Positions 1 through 10,688 are shown, counted from the first letter of the stretch. The stretch: DNA of 64,000 bases from Nitrospirota bacterium (GCA_040753615.1 JBFMDO010000043.1:12607-76606), one strand, 5' to 3'. Translations and numbers: made by a program. The notes: a model not told the origin generated them from the sequence alone.

Positions 1-413
1 ATATTTCCGTCTCTACTAAACTTATCCATCCCCGAGGGTATAGAAGCGTTCAGAATATAAGCAAAGGAAGGTCCATATTTACCCTCATTAAAGAACCTGT
101 GTTTAACCCCGAGTGCAATATCCTCAAATCCATCATGGTAATCATCCTCAATCACATATGGGACAGTGATATTAATTTCAATATTGTTTGTAATACCATA
201 TGCCCCCTTTAAGAAAAGCCTGGAGTAATCTGGGTCTACTATCCTCTCGATACCTGTAGAAACTCCCCCTCTGCCTTTTGAATAACTCTCAGTACTAAAG
301 GTAGAAAAAATTCCATACGGGTCAACAGGCTGAAGACCAGATATTTCAAATCCGTACAAATCTCCACATAAAAAAAGGAAAGATAAGATAGCAGAAAAAA
401 GATATTTTTTCAT
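1..413 (-). CDS. Secreted/outer-membrane beta-barrel 'transporter'-like protein, N-terminal part (runs off the window)
   Basis: Manual translation from ATG at 413: MKKYLFSAILSFLFLCGDLYGFEISGLQPVDPYGIFSTF...GFEDIALGVKHRFF; signal peptide, open frame to the window edge; not in the ORF track. Confidence 0.6.
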   Translation of the reverse strand, partial: MKKYLFSAILSFLFLCGDLYGFEISGLQPVDPYGIFSTFSTESYSKGRGGVSTGIERIVDPDYSRLFLKGAYGITNNIEINITVPYVIEDDYHDGFEDIALGVKHRFFNEGKYGPSFAYILNASIPSGMDKFSRDGN

Positions 414-559
414 TCATCAAAAATAACAAAAAAAATCAAGACTGTCAATTGAAAGTGATGTTACCATTTTGAAATGTCGCACTTATTTCATGCATATGCT
501 TAATAATATACATCTATTTAAGAGTATATTATACGCTGTCCAAAATAACAAAAACAGAA

Positions 560-729
560 AAGAGGCTGGGTGCTGAAGAAACACAATGACGACACCTTAT
601 AAAGAAAACATAATGCTTCCTAAATAACATTATATGAGAGTTATCCATATAAGGATTATATACAAAAATGAGGTTTGACAGATAAATAATCATGTCGATT
701 CAGTGTGTTTATGAGGCATTTAGCCTCTT
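560..729 (+). ncRNA. Structured ~170-nt RNA, 6S-RNA-like rod, copy 1
   Basis: Ends pair (AAGAGGCUGGGUGCU/GGCAUUUAGCCUCUU, 4 G-U pairs, so + strand specific), then AAACACA/UGUGUUU and CGACA/UGUCG, a central A-rich bubble and apical UUAUAUG/CAUAUAA; near-identical copy at 45251-45419. Confidence 0.5.
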
Positions 730-772
730 ATATAAACTTTTTTGAGCAAGTTTGATTATACTTAAATCATTA

Positions 773-1798
773 ATGAAGGTTGCAAAATTATATAGTTTTA
801 ACGACATTCGTGTAGAGAATATACCTATGCCGAAGATAGGTCATGGAGATGCCCTTTTAAAAACAAAAGCCTCTGGAATATGTTCTGGGGATGTGATGCC
901 ATGGTACATAGAGAAAAAAGCCCCTCTTGTAATTGGGCATGAGCCATCAGGCGAAATAGTAGAAGTTGGGAAGAATGTAACATCCTGCAAAATAGGTGAT
1001 AAGGTATTTGTCCACCACCATGCACCTTGTTTCGCCTGTAGATACTGTAAAAAGGGGGATTATGTGCAATGTCAGACATGGAGGAATACAAAAATTATCC
1101 CCGGAGGAATTTCAGAATACATATTGATACCTGAAATAAACCTTAAAAATGATACGTTAATTTTACCTGATAATTTAAATTATGAAGATGGTGTGCTTAT
1201 AGAACCAACAGCCTGTGTTGTAAAGGCATTAAAAAGATCCCAAATACGCAAGGGGGACACAATACTGATTATAGGACTCGGCGTTATGGGACAGTTGAAT
1301 ATTTTACTTGCGAGAAAATACGGGGCTGATAAAATAATCGGAGCTGATATGGTTACATATAGACTTAAAAAAGCAATAGAATTTGGCGTTGATGCTGTTA
1401 TTGATGTATCAAAGGAAAATCTTCTCGATTCACTTAAAGAATTGACTGATGGAGCATTAGCAGATATTGTTATAGTCGGACCTAATAGTGTTGAGGCAAT
1501 GAAACAGGGAATATCATCAGCAGGCGCAGGCGGGAAGATTATATTTTTTACACCTGCCAAACCAGGTGAACAATTGACAATCTCACCGAATGATTTATAT
1601 TTCAAGGATATAAACATTATTACAAGCTATTCCTGTGGCCCTACAGACACAAGAGAAGCACTTGAACTGATAAAAGAAGGGATTGTAAAATCTGAAAGAC
1701 TTATTACTCATAGGTTTCCAATAGAAAAAGCAGCAGAGGCATTCAGGTTAACAGCAGAGGCAAGAGATTCATTAAAGAGTACTATTGTGTTTGATTAA
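773..1798 (+). CDS. Zinc-dependent alcohol/polyol dehydrogenase (MDR family)
   Basis: GICSGD, GHE, CxxCxxCx7C structural Zn site, GxGxxG; likely start ATG 773 (MKVAKL). Confidence 0.92.
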   Translation: MKVAKLYSFNDIRVENIPMPKIGHGDALLKTKASGICSGDVMPWYIEKKAPLVIGHEPSGEIVEVGKNVTSCKIGDKVFVHHHAPCFACRYCKKGDYVQCQTWRNTKIIPGGISEYILIPEINLKNDTLILPDNLNYEDGVLIEPTACVVKALKRSQIRKGDTILIIGLGVMGQLNILLARKYGADKIIGADMVTYRLKKAIEFGVDAVIDVSKENLLDSLKELTDGALADIVIVGPNSVEAMKQGISSAGAGGKIIFFTPAKPGEQLTISPNDLYFKDINIITSYSCGPTDTREALELIKEGIVKSERLITHRFPIEKAAEAFRLTAEARDSLKSTIVFD

Positions 1799-1815
1799 AT
1801 AAATCATTATTAGAA

Positions 1816-1952
1816 AGGCAGGATATAGTATTTTCGCTCATTCTCGCCCCTCGATAAACTCGGGACTGCGAGGCTTTTGCCTCTTTATTTTTATAATATT
1901 TTGACTATTTGACTATCGGCAAAAAAATCCGCTTAAATACTATATCCTGCCT
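1816..1952. mobile_element. MITE with 18-bp perfect terminal inverted repeats
   Basis: AGGCAGGATATAGTATTT (1816-1833) / AAATACTATATCCTGCCT (1935-1952); non-coding interior. Confidence 0.75.
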
Positions 1953-1971
1953 ATTTTAGAGAGGTCATTCA

Positions 1972-2457
1972 ATGTCTAAGGGGAAAAAAACTATAATCTG
2001 TGATTGGAAAACAGGGCTTCCAAACCAAAAGGGTAAAAAATCGCTTGCAGATAATAAAAGCAGACTCTGGAAATACAAAGGCAGCTTTGCGTGGCACGGA
2101 ATAAAAACCGAAAAATACAAACCAACAGGGAAAGATTGGTCTAATATTTTAAGGCAGACGCTGATCGGCAAACATGGAGAAACAACAAAGTTTCATCTTA
2201 GATATTTTGAGATTGTGACTGGTGGATACAGTAGCTTTGAGGTACACAAGCATGAACACGTTGTAATATGCATTAGGGGCAAAGGAATATGCATCGCGGG
2301 AAAAAAGAATTATAAAATTGGCTTTCTCGATATTATTTATATAGAGCCAAAAGCACCTCATCAGTTGAAAAACCCTTTTAAAGAACCTTTTGGTTTCTTT
2401 TGCATAGTAAATGCAAAAAGGGATAAGCCCAAGATAATCGACATAACAGTTCATTAA
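1972..2457 (+). CDS. Cupin domain protein
   Basis: HKHEH...G.G...PHQ cupin metal motifs; RBS GAGG. Confidence 0.88.
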   Translation: MSKGKKTIICDWKTGLPNQKGKKSLADNKSRLWKYKGSFAWHGIKTEKYKPTGKDWSNILRQTLIGKHGETTKFHLRYFEIVTGGYSSFEVHKHEHVVICIRGKGICIAGKKNYKIGFLDIIYIEPKAPHQLKNPFKEPFGFFCIVNAKRDKPKIIDITVH

Positions 2458-2525
2458 TACTTTTATGCTTTATTTTTGGATAAGTATGTTAAAATGTAAA
2501 ATTAAACCTTTGGGAAATTTGTTCT

Positions 2526-3971
2526 ATGGAAGAAAATAAGAAAAAGACATTTGCTGACAAAATCTGGGATTTTTTTGCCTCTATAAGGCTTGCGATCATC
2601 CTCTTTGCATTAATCGCCCTTACATCAATTATAGGAACAATCCTCGAGCAACGTCATGATCCTGCCAAAAATATCCAGATATTAAGCAAATTCTTTGGCG
2701 AATCTCTTGCCCCGAGCATATATAACATATCAGAAAAACTTGGATTCATGGACATGTATCATTCATGGTGGTTTGTGGGTCTGCTAATCCTGTTTTCGAT
2801 TAATATTGTTATCTGTTCTCTTGAGAGACTACCGAAAATATGGAAGACAATAAAAGAACCTGTTAAATCATTGTCAGAAGAACAGCTTAAAAAATTTATT
2901 TTGAACAGAGAGATTATACTAAAAGGGAAACCTGATAAGGTTAAAGATACTGTAACAAATGCAATAAAAAGGACAGGTTTTAGTTATATAGAAGTAAAAG
3001 AAGATAATGGCTATCAGTTTATTTCTCAAAAAGGCAATTACAGCAGGCTCGGCGTATACCTTGCCCATTTCAGTATTCTTATAATACTCATCGGAGCTAT
3101 CATCGGAATATTCTGGGGATTCAATGGCCACTTAAATCTTCCAGAAGGTTCTGTATCAGATGCAGCTTTTTCAGATAAAGGCGAGATAATACCTCTGGGT
3201 TTTAACATAAGGTGCGACAATTTCGATGTTGAATTTTATGGCAGGTCAGACATGCCTAAGGAATATAAAAGCTGGCTTTCTATCATTAAAAATGGCAATG
3301 TGGTCCTGCAAAAGGCTATCACTGTTAATAGCCCTCTTAAATATGAAGGCATCACATTCTATCAAGCGAATTATGGTTTAATCTCTGAGAGACTTGAAAA
3401 AGGCATCTTTTTATTCAGGATAATCTCACCTGATGGGGAAGCACAGAGCATCGAGTTGAGGTTAGGAGATGCTTTCAAGATAGCAGGGACTAATATGTCT
3501 GGAAGGATAGTTGACTTCAGCCCGGCATTGAAGATAGATCATAAAGGACAGGCATTTACATATGCAGATTTGATGAATAATCCTGCTGTACTTATTGAAT
3601 TTTCAGAGTCTGGAAAACATAAATACTCAGGATGGATTTTAAAAAGATATCCCGAAACATGGCAGCTGTCCGAAGGTCCAAGAGTAGAGTTCACTGACTA
3701 CTGGGGAGTTGAATTTACAGGATTGCAGGTAAGAAAAGATCCAGGTGTATGGGTCGTATATCTCGGATGTATCACAATCTCTATTGGACTCTTTATAGCA
3801 TTCTTTATGAGCCATAGAAAGTTATGGGTCAATATCGTTGCAGATAAGAATAATAATACAAGGGTGATTATCGGAGCAACGTCTAATAAGAACAGGGCTG
3901 CATTCGAGAAAAAGATAGACAGATTGGCATCACTTATCAAAAAAGAGCAAGGGGGAAAAATAGATGGATAG
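2526..3971 (+). CDS. resB: Cytochrome c biogenesis protein ResB (system II)
   Basis: N-terminal TMs, YHSWWF, conserved His in LAHFS, VNSPL..Y.G..FYQ, C-terminal DPG..VYLG. Confidence 0.92.
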   Translation: MEENKKKTFADKIWDFFASIRLAIILFALIALTSIIGTILEQRHDPAKNIQILSKFFGESLAPSIYNISEKLGFMDMYHSWWFVGLLILFSINIVICSLERLPKIWKTIKEPVKSLSEEQLKKFILNREIILKGKPDKVKDTVTNAIKRTGFSYIEVKEDNGYQFISQKGNYSRLGVYLAHFSILIILIGAIIGIFWGFNGHLNLPEGSVSDAAFSDKGEIIPLGFNIRCDNFDVEFYGRSDMPKEYKSWLSIIKNGNVVLQKAITVNSPLKYEGITFYQANYGLISERLEKGIFLFRIISPDGEAQSIELRLGDAFKIAGTNMSGRIVDFSPALKIDHKGQAFTYADLMNNPAVLIEFSESGKHKYSGWILKRYPETWQLSEGPRVEFTDYWGVEFTGLQVRKDPGVWVVYLGCITISIGLFIAFFMSHRKLWVNIVADKNNNTRVIIGATSNKNRAAFEKKIDRLASLIKKEQGGKIDG

Positions 3972-5049
3972 CTCCTTTTTCTTTGGATTGTCAACAATGG
4001 CTTATATTCTTGCCATGATAGTATATATTACCTATCTTGCATTCAAAAAATCGCAGATTGGAATTACTGCGACAATTGTAACAATAGCAGGATTTATCTC
4101 TCAAACATTGGCAATCGTACTAAGATGGAAGGAATTCTCAGATTTAAGCGGTATGGGCTTTTTAAGGTCAGCGCCACTCACAAATCTTTACGAATCACTT
4201 GTATTTTTTGTATGGTGCCTGATATTGGGATATCTGATAATCGAGTTTAAATTTAAGAACCGCTCATTTGGAGCATTTATTACACCTGTTGCTGGTTTAG
4301 CCTTAGCATTTATAGATTTATCCGGCATGTCAAAGGAAATCCAGCCGCTTGTACCCGCGCTACAGAGCAACTGGCTGCTTGCTCATGTCATAATGAGCTT
4401 TATCGCTTATGCTGCATTTGCATTATCATTCAGCACAGGAATTATGTACCTTATCCTGACAACCGAAAAAAGAACCGAGATACCATATATATTCTGGGCA
4501 ACAACATTCGGTATTTTTATAGTCATCTTAGCAGCAATGGCAGTTGATTTCCTTACATTTAAGGTTATGGTTAAACCTGAAGAATTTATAAAAAGCTACA
4601 TGTTCAAGGCATCGTTCCTGAATCCGTCTGCTATTGCCAAAATATTAAGCTGGCTCTCGATGGTAGCCATAATATTTATTACATGGAGATATGGATCCGT
4701 ACTTAAAGCAATTATAGAAAAATTTAATATTACCCCTGATATGCTGGATGAAATAACATATAAGAGCATAGCCATTGGCTTTCCGATATTTACCTTAGGC
4801 GGGCTCATATTCGGTGCTATATGGGCTGACCAGGCATGGGGCGTTTACTGGAGCTGGGATCCAAAAGAGACGTGGTCATTAATAACATGGTTTATATATG
4901 CCTTTTATTTACACGGCAGGATGATGAGGGGTTGGAGGGGTAAAAAAGTAGCGATAGTGTCTGTAATAGGTTTCACGGCTGTAATATTCACTTATCTTGG
5001 GGTAAACCTGCTTCTTTCAGGTCTCCATGCCTATGGAGAACTTGACTAA
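3964..5049 (+). CDS. ccsA: Cytochrome c synthase CcsA/ResC (WWD domain)
   Basis: WADQAWGVYWSWDPKETW WWD motif, PALQS.WL..H, C-terminal GLHAY. Confidence 0.95.
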   Translation: MDSSFFFGLSTMAYILAMIVYITYLAFKKSQIGITATIVTIAGFISQTLAIVLRWKEFSDLSGMGFLRSAPLTNLYESLVFFVWCLILGYLIIEFKFKNRSFGAFITPVAGLALAFIDLSGMSKEIQPLVPALQSNWLLAHVIMSFIAYAAFALSFSTGIMYLILTTEKRTEIPYIFWATTFGIFIVILAAMAVDFLTFKVMVKPEEFIKSYMFKASFLNPSAIAKILSWLSMVAIIFITWRYGSVLKAIIEKFNITPDMLDEITYKSIAIGFPIFTLGGLIFGAIWADQAWGVYWSWDPKETWSLITWFIYAFYLHGRMMRGWRGKKVAIVSVIGFTAVIFTYLGVNLLLSGLHAYGELD

Positions 5050-5116
5050 TACTTGAAACCAATCTGAAATTTAAGATATCATAAAGTTAAAACATATCCT
5101 AACGGAGGACAATCGT

Positions 5117-5959
5117 ATGAATAATATAAAAACAATGTTTTTGCTCGTAACATTAACCCTTATTCTTATCTGGGCAGGGGGCGCCCTCGGTGGTAAACAG
5201 GGCATGACTATAGCGCTTATATTTGCGCTGGGGATGAATTTCTTTGCATATTGGTTCAGTGACAAGATTGTACTTAAAATGTATAAAGCAAAGGAAGTTT
5301 CAGAGGCAGAATCGCCTGAGCTTTATGGGATGGTAAGAAGGCTTGTGCAGAAGGCAGGCATGCCCATGCCGAGAGTCTATATAATCAATCAAGACCAGCC
5401 CAACGCATTTGCAACAGGAAGAAATCCAAAACATGCTGCAGTAGCTGTCACAACAGGCATTATGCGTATCCTCACCCGTGAAGAACTTGAAGGCGTCATA
5501 GGTCATGAATTGGCGCATATCAAGCACAGAGATATTCTCATAAGTACCATTGCTGCAACAATTGCAGGCGCTATAAGTTTCCTCGCACAGATGGCACAGT
5601 GGGCGATGATCTTTGGCGGACACAGGGGAGATGATGAAGAAGGCGGAAGTCCTATAGCTGCTTTTGTAATGATGATCGTGGGTCCGATTGCTGCGATTAT
5701 TGTGCAGATGGCAATATCAAGGTCAAGAGAGTATGCAGCAGATGAAGGCGGAGCAAGGATCGCTGGAAATCCACGTTATCTGTCAGGTGCTTTAAGAAAA
5801 CTCCATATGGCATCTCAAAAGATCCCTATGGATGCTAACCCTGCAACATCTCATATGTTTATAGTCAATCCCTTATCAGGTGGAGGATTGCTAAAACTCT
5901 TTAGTACACATCCTCCTATTGAAGAACGTATAGCAAGACTTGAATCGCTGAGTGTATAA
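5117..5959 (+). CDS. htpX: Zinc metalloprotease HtpX
   Basis: [29 protein letters not shown]. Confidence 0.96.
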   Translation: MNNIKTMFLLVTLTLILIWAGGALGGKQGMTIALIFALGMNFFAYWFSDKIVLKMYKAKEVSEAESPELYGMVRRLVQKAGMPMPRVYIINQDQPNAFATGRNPKHAAVAVTTGIMRILTREELEGVIGHELAHIKHRDILISTIAATIAGAISFLAQMAQWAMIFGGHRGDDEEGGSPIAAFVMMIVGPIAAIIVQMAISRSREYAADEGGARIAGNPRYLSGALRKLHMASQKIPMDANPATSHMFIVNPLSGGGLLKLFSTHPPIEERIARLESLSV

Positions 5960-5995
5960 TCTGCACTTGACTCTGAATATTCTTATTGCTGCGAT

Positions 5996-6958
5996 ATGAA
6001 GGCTCTGGTAACAGGAGCTACAGGCTTTATAGGAAGCCATCTATGTGAGGATCTCGTTAAAAAAGGTTTTGAGGTCTCCTGTCTGACACGAAAGACATCT
6101 AACCTAAAATGGCTCGAGAACCTTGACATCAAACCTGTTACAGGAGACTGTACTGAAATTGAATCTCTTCGTGCCGTAGTTAAAGACTTTGATTATATCT
6201 TTCATCTTGCGGGCATTACAAAGTCTTGTTCAAAAGATGCCTTCTTCCATATCAATGCAAAAGGCACAGAAAATTTGATAAAGATTGTTTACGAAAAAAA
6301 TCCAGCACTCAAAAGATTCGTATATTTAAGCAGTCTTGCTGCAGTCGGCCCGAGTAAAAATGGAGCACCTGTAACAGAGGATTCAAATCCCTCACCTGTA
6401 TCAGATTATGGGAGAAGCAAACTCGAGGGTGAAAAAGCAGTTTTAAAATATAAAGACCTACTTCCTATTACAATAATAAGGCCGCCTGCTGTATATGGGC
6501 CGAGGGACAAAGATATGCTAATGATTTTCAAAATGATTAAAAAAGGTTTTTTCTTTGATCTGGGAAAGTGCTGTTATTCATTGCTTTACGTTGATGACCT
6601 TATTCAGGGTATAATATTATGCGCTGAAAATAAAAAGGCAGAAGGAGAAACATATTTTTTATCAGATAACAACTCATATACAGGCGATGAAGTAGCAATG
6701 GAAATATCCTCTATTTTCAATGTAAAGGCAAAACCCTTAAAGGTTCCGAAGTTCGTTATGCCTTTTTTTGCATTTATATGTGAAAAATTTAATAAACATG
6801 GTATCATCAATAGGGATAGGATTAATGATTTCAGACATTCAATCTGGTTATGTGATTCAAAAAAGGCAAAAGAAGAAATAGGTTTTATAACAAAAGTCAT
6901 GCTAAAGGAAGGAATAAAATGGACAGCAGATTGGTACAGAATTCACAAATGGCTGTAA
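5996..6958 (+). CDS. NAD-dependent epimerase/dehydratase (extended SDR), putative ceramide/ketosphinganine reductase
   Basis: [13 protein letters not shown]; overlaps spt. Reductase role inferred from context. Confidence 0.8.
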   Translation: MKALVTGATGFIGSHLCEDLVKKGFEVSCLTRKTSNLKWLENLDIKPVTGDCTEIESLRAVVKDFDYIFHLAGITKSCSKDAFFHINAKGTENLIKIVYEKNPALKRFVYLSSLAAVGPSKNGAPVTEDSNPSPVSDYGRSKLEGEKAVLKYKDLLPITIIRPPAVYGPRDKDMLMIFKMIKKGFFFDLGKCCYSLLYVDDLIQGIILCAENKKAEGETYFLSDNNSYTGDEVAMEISSIFNVKAKPLKVPKFVMPFFAFICEKFNKHGIINRDRINDFRHSIWLCDSKKAKEEIGFITKVMLKEGIKWTADWYRIHKWL

Positions 6959-8145
6959 AAAAATCATCAGATCTATTTGACAAATGTTTTAGATTTGATA
7001 AAGCCAAATCCCTTATGTCTCAAGGAGTATATCCTTTCTTCAGGGTTATTGAAAGTGCGCAAGACCCCGAGATTATAATGAATGGCAGAAAGATGATCAT
7101 GATCGGCTCGAACAATTACCTCGGGCTGACAAATCATCCAAAAGTCAAAGAGGCTGCAATAGAAGCCATCAGAAAATATGGAACGGGATGTGCTGGTTCA
7201 AGATTTCTAAACGGCACCCTCGATATACATGTAAAACTCGAAGAAAAACTTGCCCGTTTTTCAAGAAAAGAGGCTGCCCTCATCTTCTCAACAGGTTTTC
7301 AAGTCAATTTAGGGGTAATATCAGCACTTGTGAGCAAGGATGACATTGTAATAATAGATAAGATGGACCACGCAAGCATTATAGATGGCTGCAGACTCTC
7401 ATTCGGGGAGATAAAAAAGTTCAGGCATAATGATATGGCAGATATTGAAAGACTACTTAAAGAATATGAAGATAAAGGAAAACTGATAGTTATTGATGGG
7501 GTATTCAGTATGGAGGGAGATATTGCAAATCTTCCAGATATTGTTCCACTCGCAAAAAAATATAATGCAAGATTAATGGTTGACGATGCCCATGGCATAG
7601 GTGTTCTCGGAAAAACAGGACGGGGCACAGCAGAGCATTTTGGTCTCGAAGACGAAGTTGATCTTATAATGGGAACTTACAGTAAGTCACTCGCTTCTAT
7701 TGGCGGATTTGTTGCAGGTTCTTCTGATGTCATACATTATATAAAACATATTGCAAGGTCCTTAATCTTCAGCGCAAGTCCACCGCCTGCATCAGTTGCC
7801 TCTGTCAGCGCTGCAGTGGATATAATAGAGAATGAACCTGAGAGAAGGGAAAGGCTGTGGAAGAATACAAATAAGATGCTCGATGGCTTCAAGAATCTTG
7901 GTTTCAGAGTAGGACCAAGCCAGACACCTATCATACCTGTGGTAGTTGGTGAAGATGAAAAGGCATTTATTATGGCGATGATGCTTCAGGAAGAAGGGGT
8001 ATTTGCAAATGTAGCTGTAACCCCAGCAGTGCCTAATGGCATGGCGCTTATAAGAACAAGCTATATGGCAACACATACTGATGAACATCTGGATATTGTA
8101 CTTTCCGCTTTTAAAAAAGTAGGTAAGTCGCTGGGGATAATATAA
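6949..8145 (+). CDS. spt: Serine palmitoyltransferase-like alpha-oxoamine synthase
   Basis: [34 protein letters not shown] (PLP Lys); N-terminal YPFFRVIES resembles Bacteroidota-type SPT; likely start ATG 6949. Confidence 0.75.
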   Translation: MAVKKSSDLFDKCFRFDKAKSLMSQGVYPFFRVIESAQDPEIIMNGRKMIMIGSNNYLGLTNHPKVKEAAIEAIRKYGTGCAGSRFLNGTLDIHVKLEEKLARFSRKEAALIFSTGFQVNLGVISALVSKDDIVIIDKMDHASIIDGCRLSFGEIKKFRHNDMADIERLLKEYEDKGKLIVIDGVFSMEGDIANLPDIVPLAKKYNARLMVDDAHGIGVLGKTGRGTAEHFGLEDEVDLIMGTYSKSLASIGGFVAGSSDVIHYIKHIARSLIFSASPPPASVASVSAAVDIIENEPERRERLWKNTNKMLDGFKNLGFRVGPSQTPIIPVVVGEDEKAFIMAMMLQEEGVFANVAVTPAVPNGMALIRTSYMATHTDEHLDIVLSAFKKVGKSLGII

Positions 8146-8147
8146 AT

Positions 8148-8178
8148 GTCATTAGTCACTGGTCAATGACTAATGACT
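8148..8178. repeat. Heptamer inverted array (GTCATTA/TGACTAA type)
   Basis: gtcatta gtcactg gtcaa tgactaa tgact; contains the start codon of the next gene. Confidence 0.7.
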
Positions 8179-9281
8179 TAAAAATCATTGAGGTTAGGTC
8201 AAAAAAAGACCTTTATGACTTCATAAAATTCCCCTTTACACTCTATTCGCAAGATTCATGTTATGTCCCTCCACTCATTAAGGAAGTCCGCGACCAGTTT
8301 TCTCACAAAAATCCTTTTTTTCTGCATGCAGATGTAAGATTCTTTCTTGCAAAAAAAAATGGAAAAACCGCTGGAAGAATAGTCTCGATTATCAACCACA
8401 GACATATTGAATTTCATAATGAAAAAGCTGGCTTTTTTGGATTTTTTGAATCCTTAAATGATTATGAGATTTCATCAGTCCTCCTTAACAGGGCTTCAGA
8501 AGTCCTCAAAAAACAAGGAATGGAGATTATGCGCGGTCCAATGAACTTCTCAACAAACGAGGAATGCGGATTTCTTATAGAAGGCTTTAATGAACCTCCA
8601 ATGCTCATGACGCCCTATAACCCACCTTATTACAATGACCTTATGGAAAAGTATGGCATGATAAAGGCAAAAGACCTTTATGCTTATATAGTTGACATCC
8701 CTGAAGAGCTTCCTGAAAAGATTTATAAAGCCGCTGAAATAGCAATTAAAAATGCTACCAGTGTCAGACCTGTTAATAAAAAGCGATTTGACCATGAGAT
8801 GAATATATTTAAAGAGGTATATAATTCCGCATGGGAAAAGAACTGGGGATTTATACCTCTTACAGATGAAGAACTAACCCATCTTGGAAAAAGGCTTAAA
8901 ACAATTATAGTGCCTGAACTAACATTAATTGCTGAAAAAGATAATAAACCTGTTGGCTTTTTTGGAGCAGTGCCTGATTTTAATTTTGTCCTTCAAAAGA
9001 TGAGAGGCAGACTTAATCCAATAACCATTGCAAAGGCATTTTATTATTCAAAGAAGATAAAGGACATGAGGCTGCTTCTCCTCGGCATTAAGGCGGAATA
9101 CAGACGCAGGGGAGTTGATGCTGTCCTCTTTAAAGAAGGATTCAAAGAGGCTAAAAAACGCGGATATAAAAGGGCAGAACTTTCATGGATACTTGAAGAT
9201 AATCTTCCCGTGCAAATGCTTGTTAAAATGATAGGAGGAAACCTGTATAAAAAATACAGGATTTATGAAAAGAGATTATGA
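8166..9281 (+). CDS. Tandem-GNAT N-acyltransferase, bacterial ceramide synthase (bCerS)-like
   Basis: GFFGFFE, RGPMNFSTNEECG.LIEGF..PP..M.PYNP.YY, WEKNWGFIP, ELSWILEDN; directly after spt. Confidence 0.75.
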   Translation: MTNDLKIIEVRSKKDLYDFIKFPFTLYSQDSCYVPPLIKEVRDQFSHKNPFFLHADVRFFLAKKNGKTAGRIVSIINHRHIEFHNEKAGFFGFFESLNDYEISSVLLNRASEVLKKQGMEIMRGPMNFSTNEECGFLIEGFNEPPMLMTPYNPPYYNDLMEKYGMIKAKDLYAYIVDIPEELPEKIYKAAEIAIKNATSVRPVNKKRFDHEMNIFKEVYNSAWEKNWGFIPLTDEELTHLGKRLKTIIVPELTLIAEKDNKPVGFFGAVPDFNFVLQKMRGRLNPITIAKAFYYSKKIKDMRLLLLGIKAEYRRRGVDAVLFKEGFKEAKKRGYKRAELSWILEDNLPVQMLVKMIGGNLYKKYRIYEKRL

Positions 9282-10652
9282 TTATAAAGAGTTTTCTACA
9301 AGATAGACCCGGTTTCTGCCTTTATCTTTTGCCATATAAAGGGCATTATCAGCCCGTTTTATTAAACCCTCGATGTCTTCTCTCGCTGGATTAAATTCCG
9401 CTACACCAATGCTTAAAGTAGTCTTTACAATGTCTTCCTCTACTGGCATCTCGAATTTTTCTACAGATAAACGGACCCGTTCTGCAATCTCTTTAGCTCC
9501 ATCCAGAGAAGTTTGAGGCAATATCAATATAAATTCATCTCCTCCATATCTTCCAATAATATCAATATTTCTCATTGATTCTTTAATAAGATGTGAAACA
9601 CCTTTTAAGACTTCATCTCCAATATCATGTCCATAAGTATCATTTATCCCCTTGAAATAATCAATATCACAGATTATCATAGCCAGTTTAGAATTATATC
9701 TCTCAGCCCTGTGGACTTCTTTTTCCATCTCCTCAATCAGCGCCCTTCTATTCAATAACCCTGTGAGGTCATCTATACTATATAGATGCTGTAATTTATC
9801 AATTAAGGCATCTCTCTCCCCCTCTGCCTTTTTACGCTGGGTAATATCCCTCGTATATTCTATAACATTAAATACCTGTCCTATTTCATCAAAGATTGGA
9901 TAAGAATATATCTCGAGCCAGATTTCGTGTGAACTATCATTGAATTTTACTAATTTTTCCTTTGTCTGGGGTTTTCCTGTTTCAAATGTTTCTTTAACCA
10001 GGCATCCTTCGCAAATACTCTTACGGTTGTATAATACTTCATAACACCGCCTGCCGATTAATTGTTCAGGGTTCTTTCCCCTCATCTGTGCATACGAGTT
10101 ATTAGCCTTTATTATCCGATACTCACAATCAATAATATTAAATGGGTCATTAATGCTGTCAAATATCATGTTTAAAAACTTCTCAGACCTACGGAATGCT
10201 ATCTCGGTCTTTTTACGGTCAGTTATGTCAACAGCAACCTGCATTCTGACAAGACGTCCATCAGGCCATTTGATAGCCCTGTCAATATATTGATACCACA
10301 GTCCTGTTTTTTTATTATGATAGTCCCAGATAAGCGGCATCCCTGCCTTGCCATCCACAAGCAAGCGGTCATTTGTACAGAAACCACATGGTTTATCCTC
10401 ATCATGTAAAGCCTGATAGCATTTCTTGCCTGTCAGGTCTTTCCCAAAATGTTTTTCTATATAATTATTAACATACAAGATTTCATACGTCTGCATATCC
10501 GCGACATAAACTGCTACTTCAAGTCCGTCTATTATCGCAAATACTTCGTCAACAATCTCTTTAGCAGCTTCTATTTCAAGAGATTTTAGATGCTTGTAGA
10601 GTTCTTTATCCTCCAAGTACCCTCCCCATTTATCCCCTTTATAGCCTACCAT
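9282..10652 (-). CDS. PAS-PAS-GGDEF diguanylate cyclase
   Basis: Two PAS domains with CY..C..C patterns, DDLTGLLNRR, RxxD I-site (RNID), GGDEF; true start may be TTG 10616 after GGAGG. Confidence 0.93.
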   Translation of the reverse strand: MVGYKGDKWGGYLEDKELYKHLKSLEIEAAKEIVDEVFAIIDGLEVAVYVADMQTYEILYVNNYIEKHFGKDLTGKKCYQALHDEDKPCGFCTNDRLLVDGKAGMPLIWDYHNKKTGLWYQYIDRAIKWPDGRLVRMQVAVDITDRKKTEIAFRRSEKFLNMIFDSINDPFNIIDCEYRIIKANNSYAQMRGKNPEQLIGRRCYEVLYNRKSICEGCLVKETFETGKPQTKEKLVKFNDSSHEIWLEIYSYPIFDEIGQVFNVIEYTRDITQRKKAEGERDALIDKLQHLYSIDDLTGLLNRRALIEEMEKEVHRAERYNSKLAMIICDIDYFKGINDTYGHDIGDEVLKGVSHLIKESMRNIDIIGRYGGDEFILILPQTSLDGAKEIAERVRLSVEKFEMPVEEDIVKTTLSIGVAEFNPAREDIEGLIKRADNALYMAKDKGRNRVYLVENSL

Positions 10653-10688
10653 AATTCATATCCTTAATTCATTCCTTAATCGAATATA

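Noticed and set aside
6949-8145. bioF annotation
   Set aside because: No biotin genes adjacent; the acyltransferase/reductase context and motifs favour SPT
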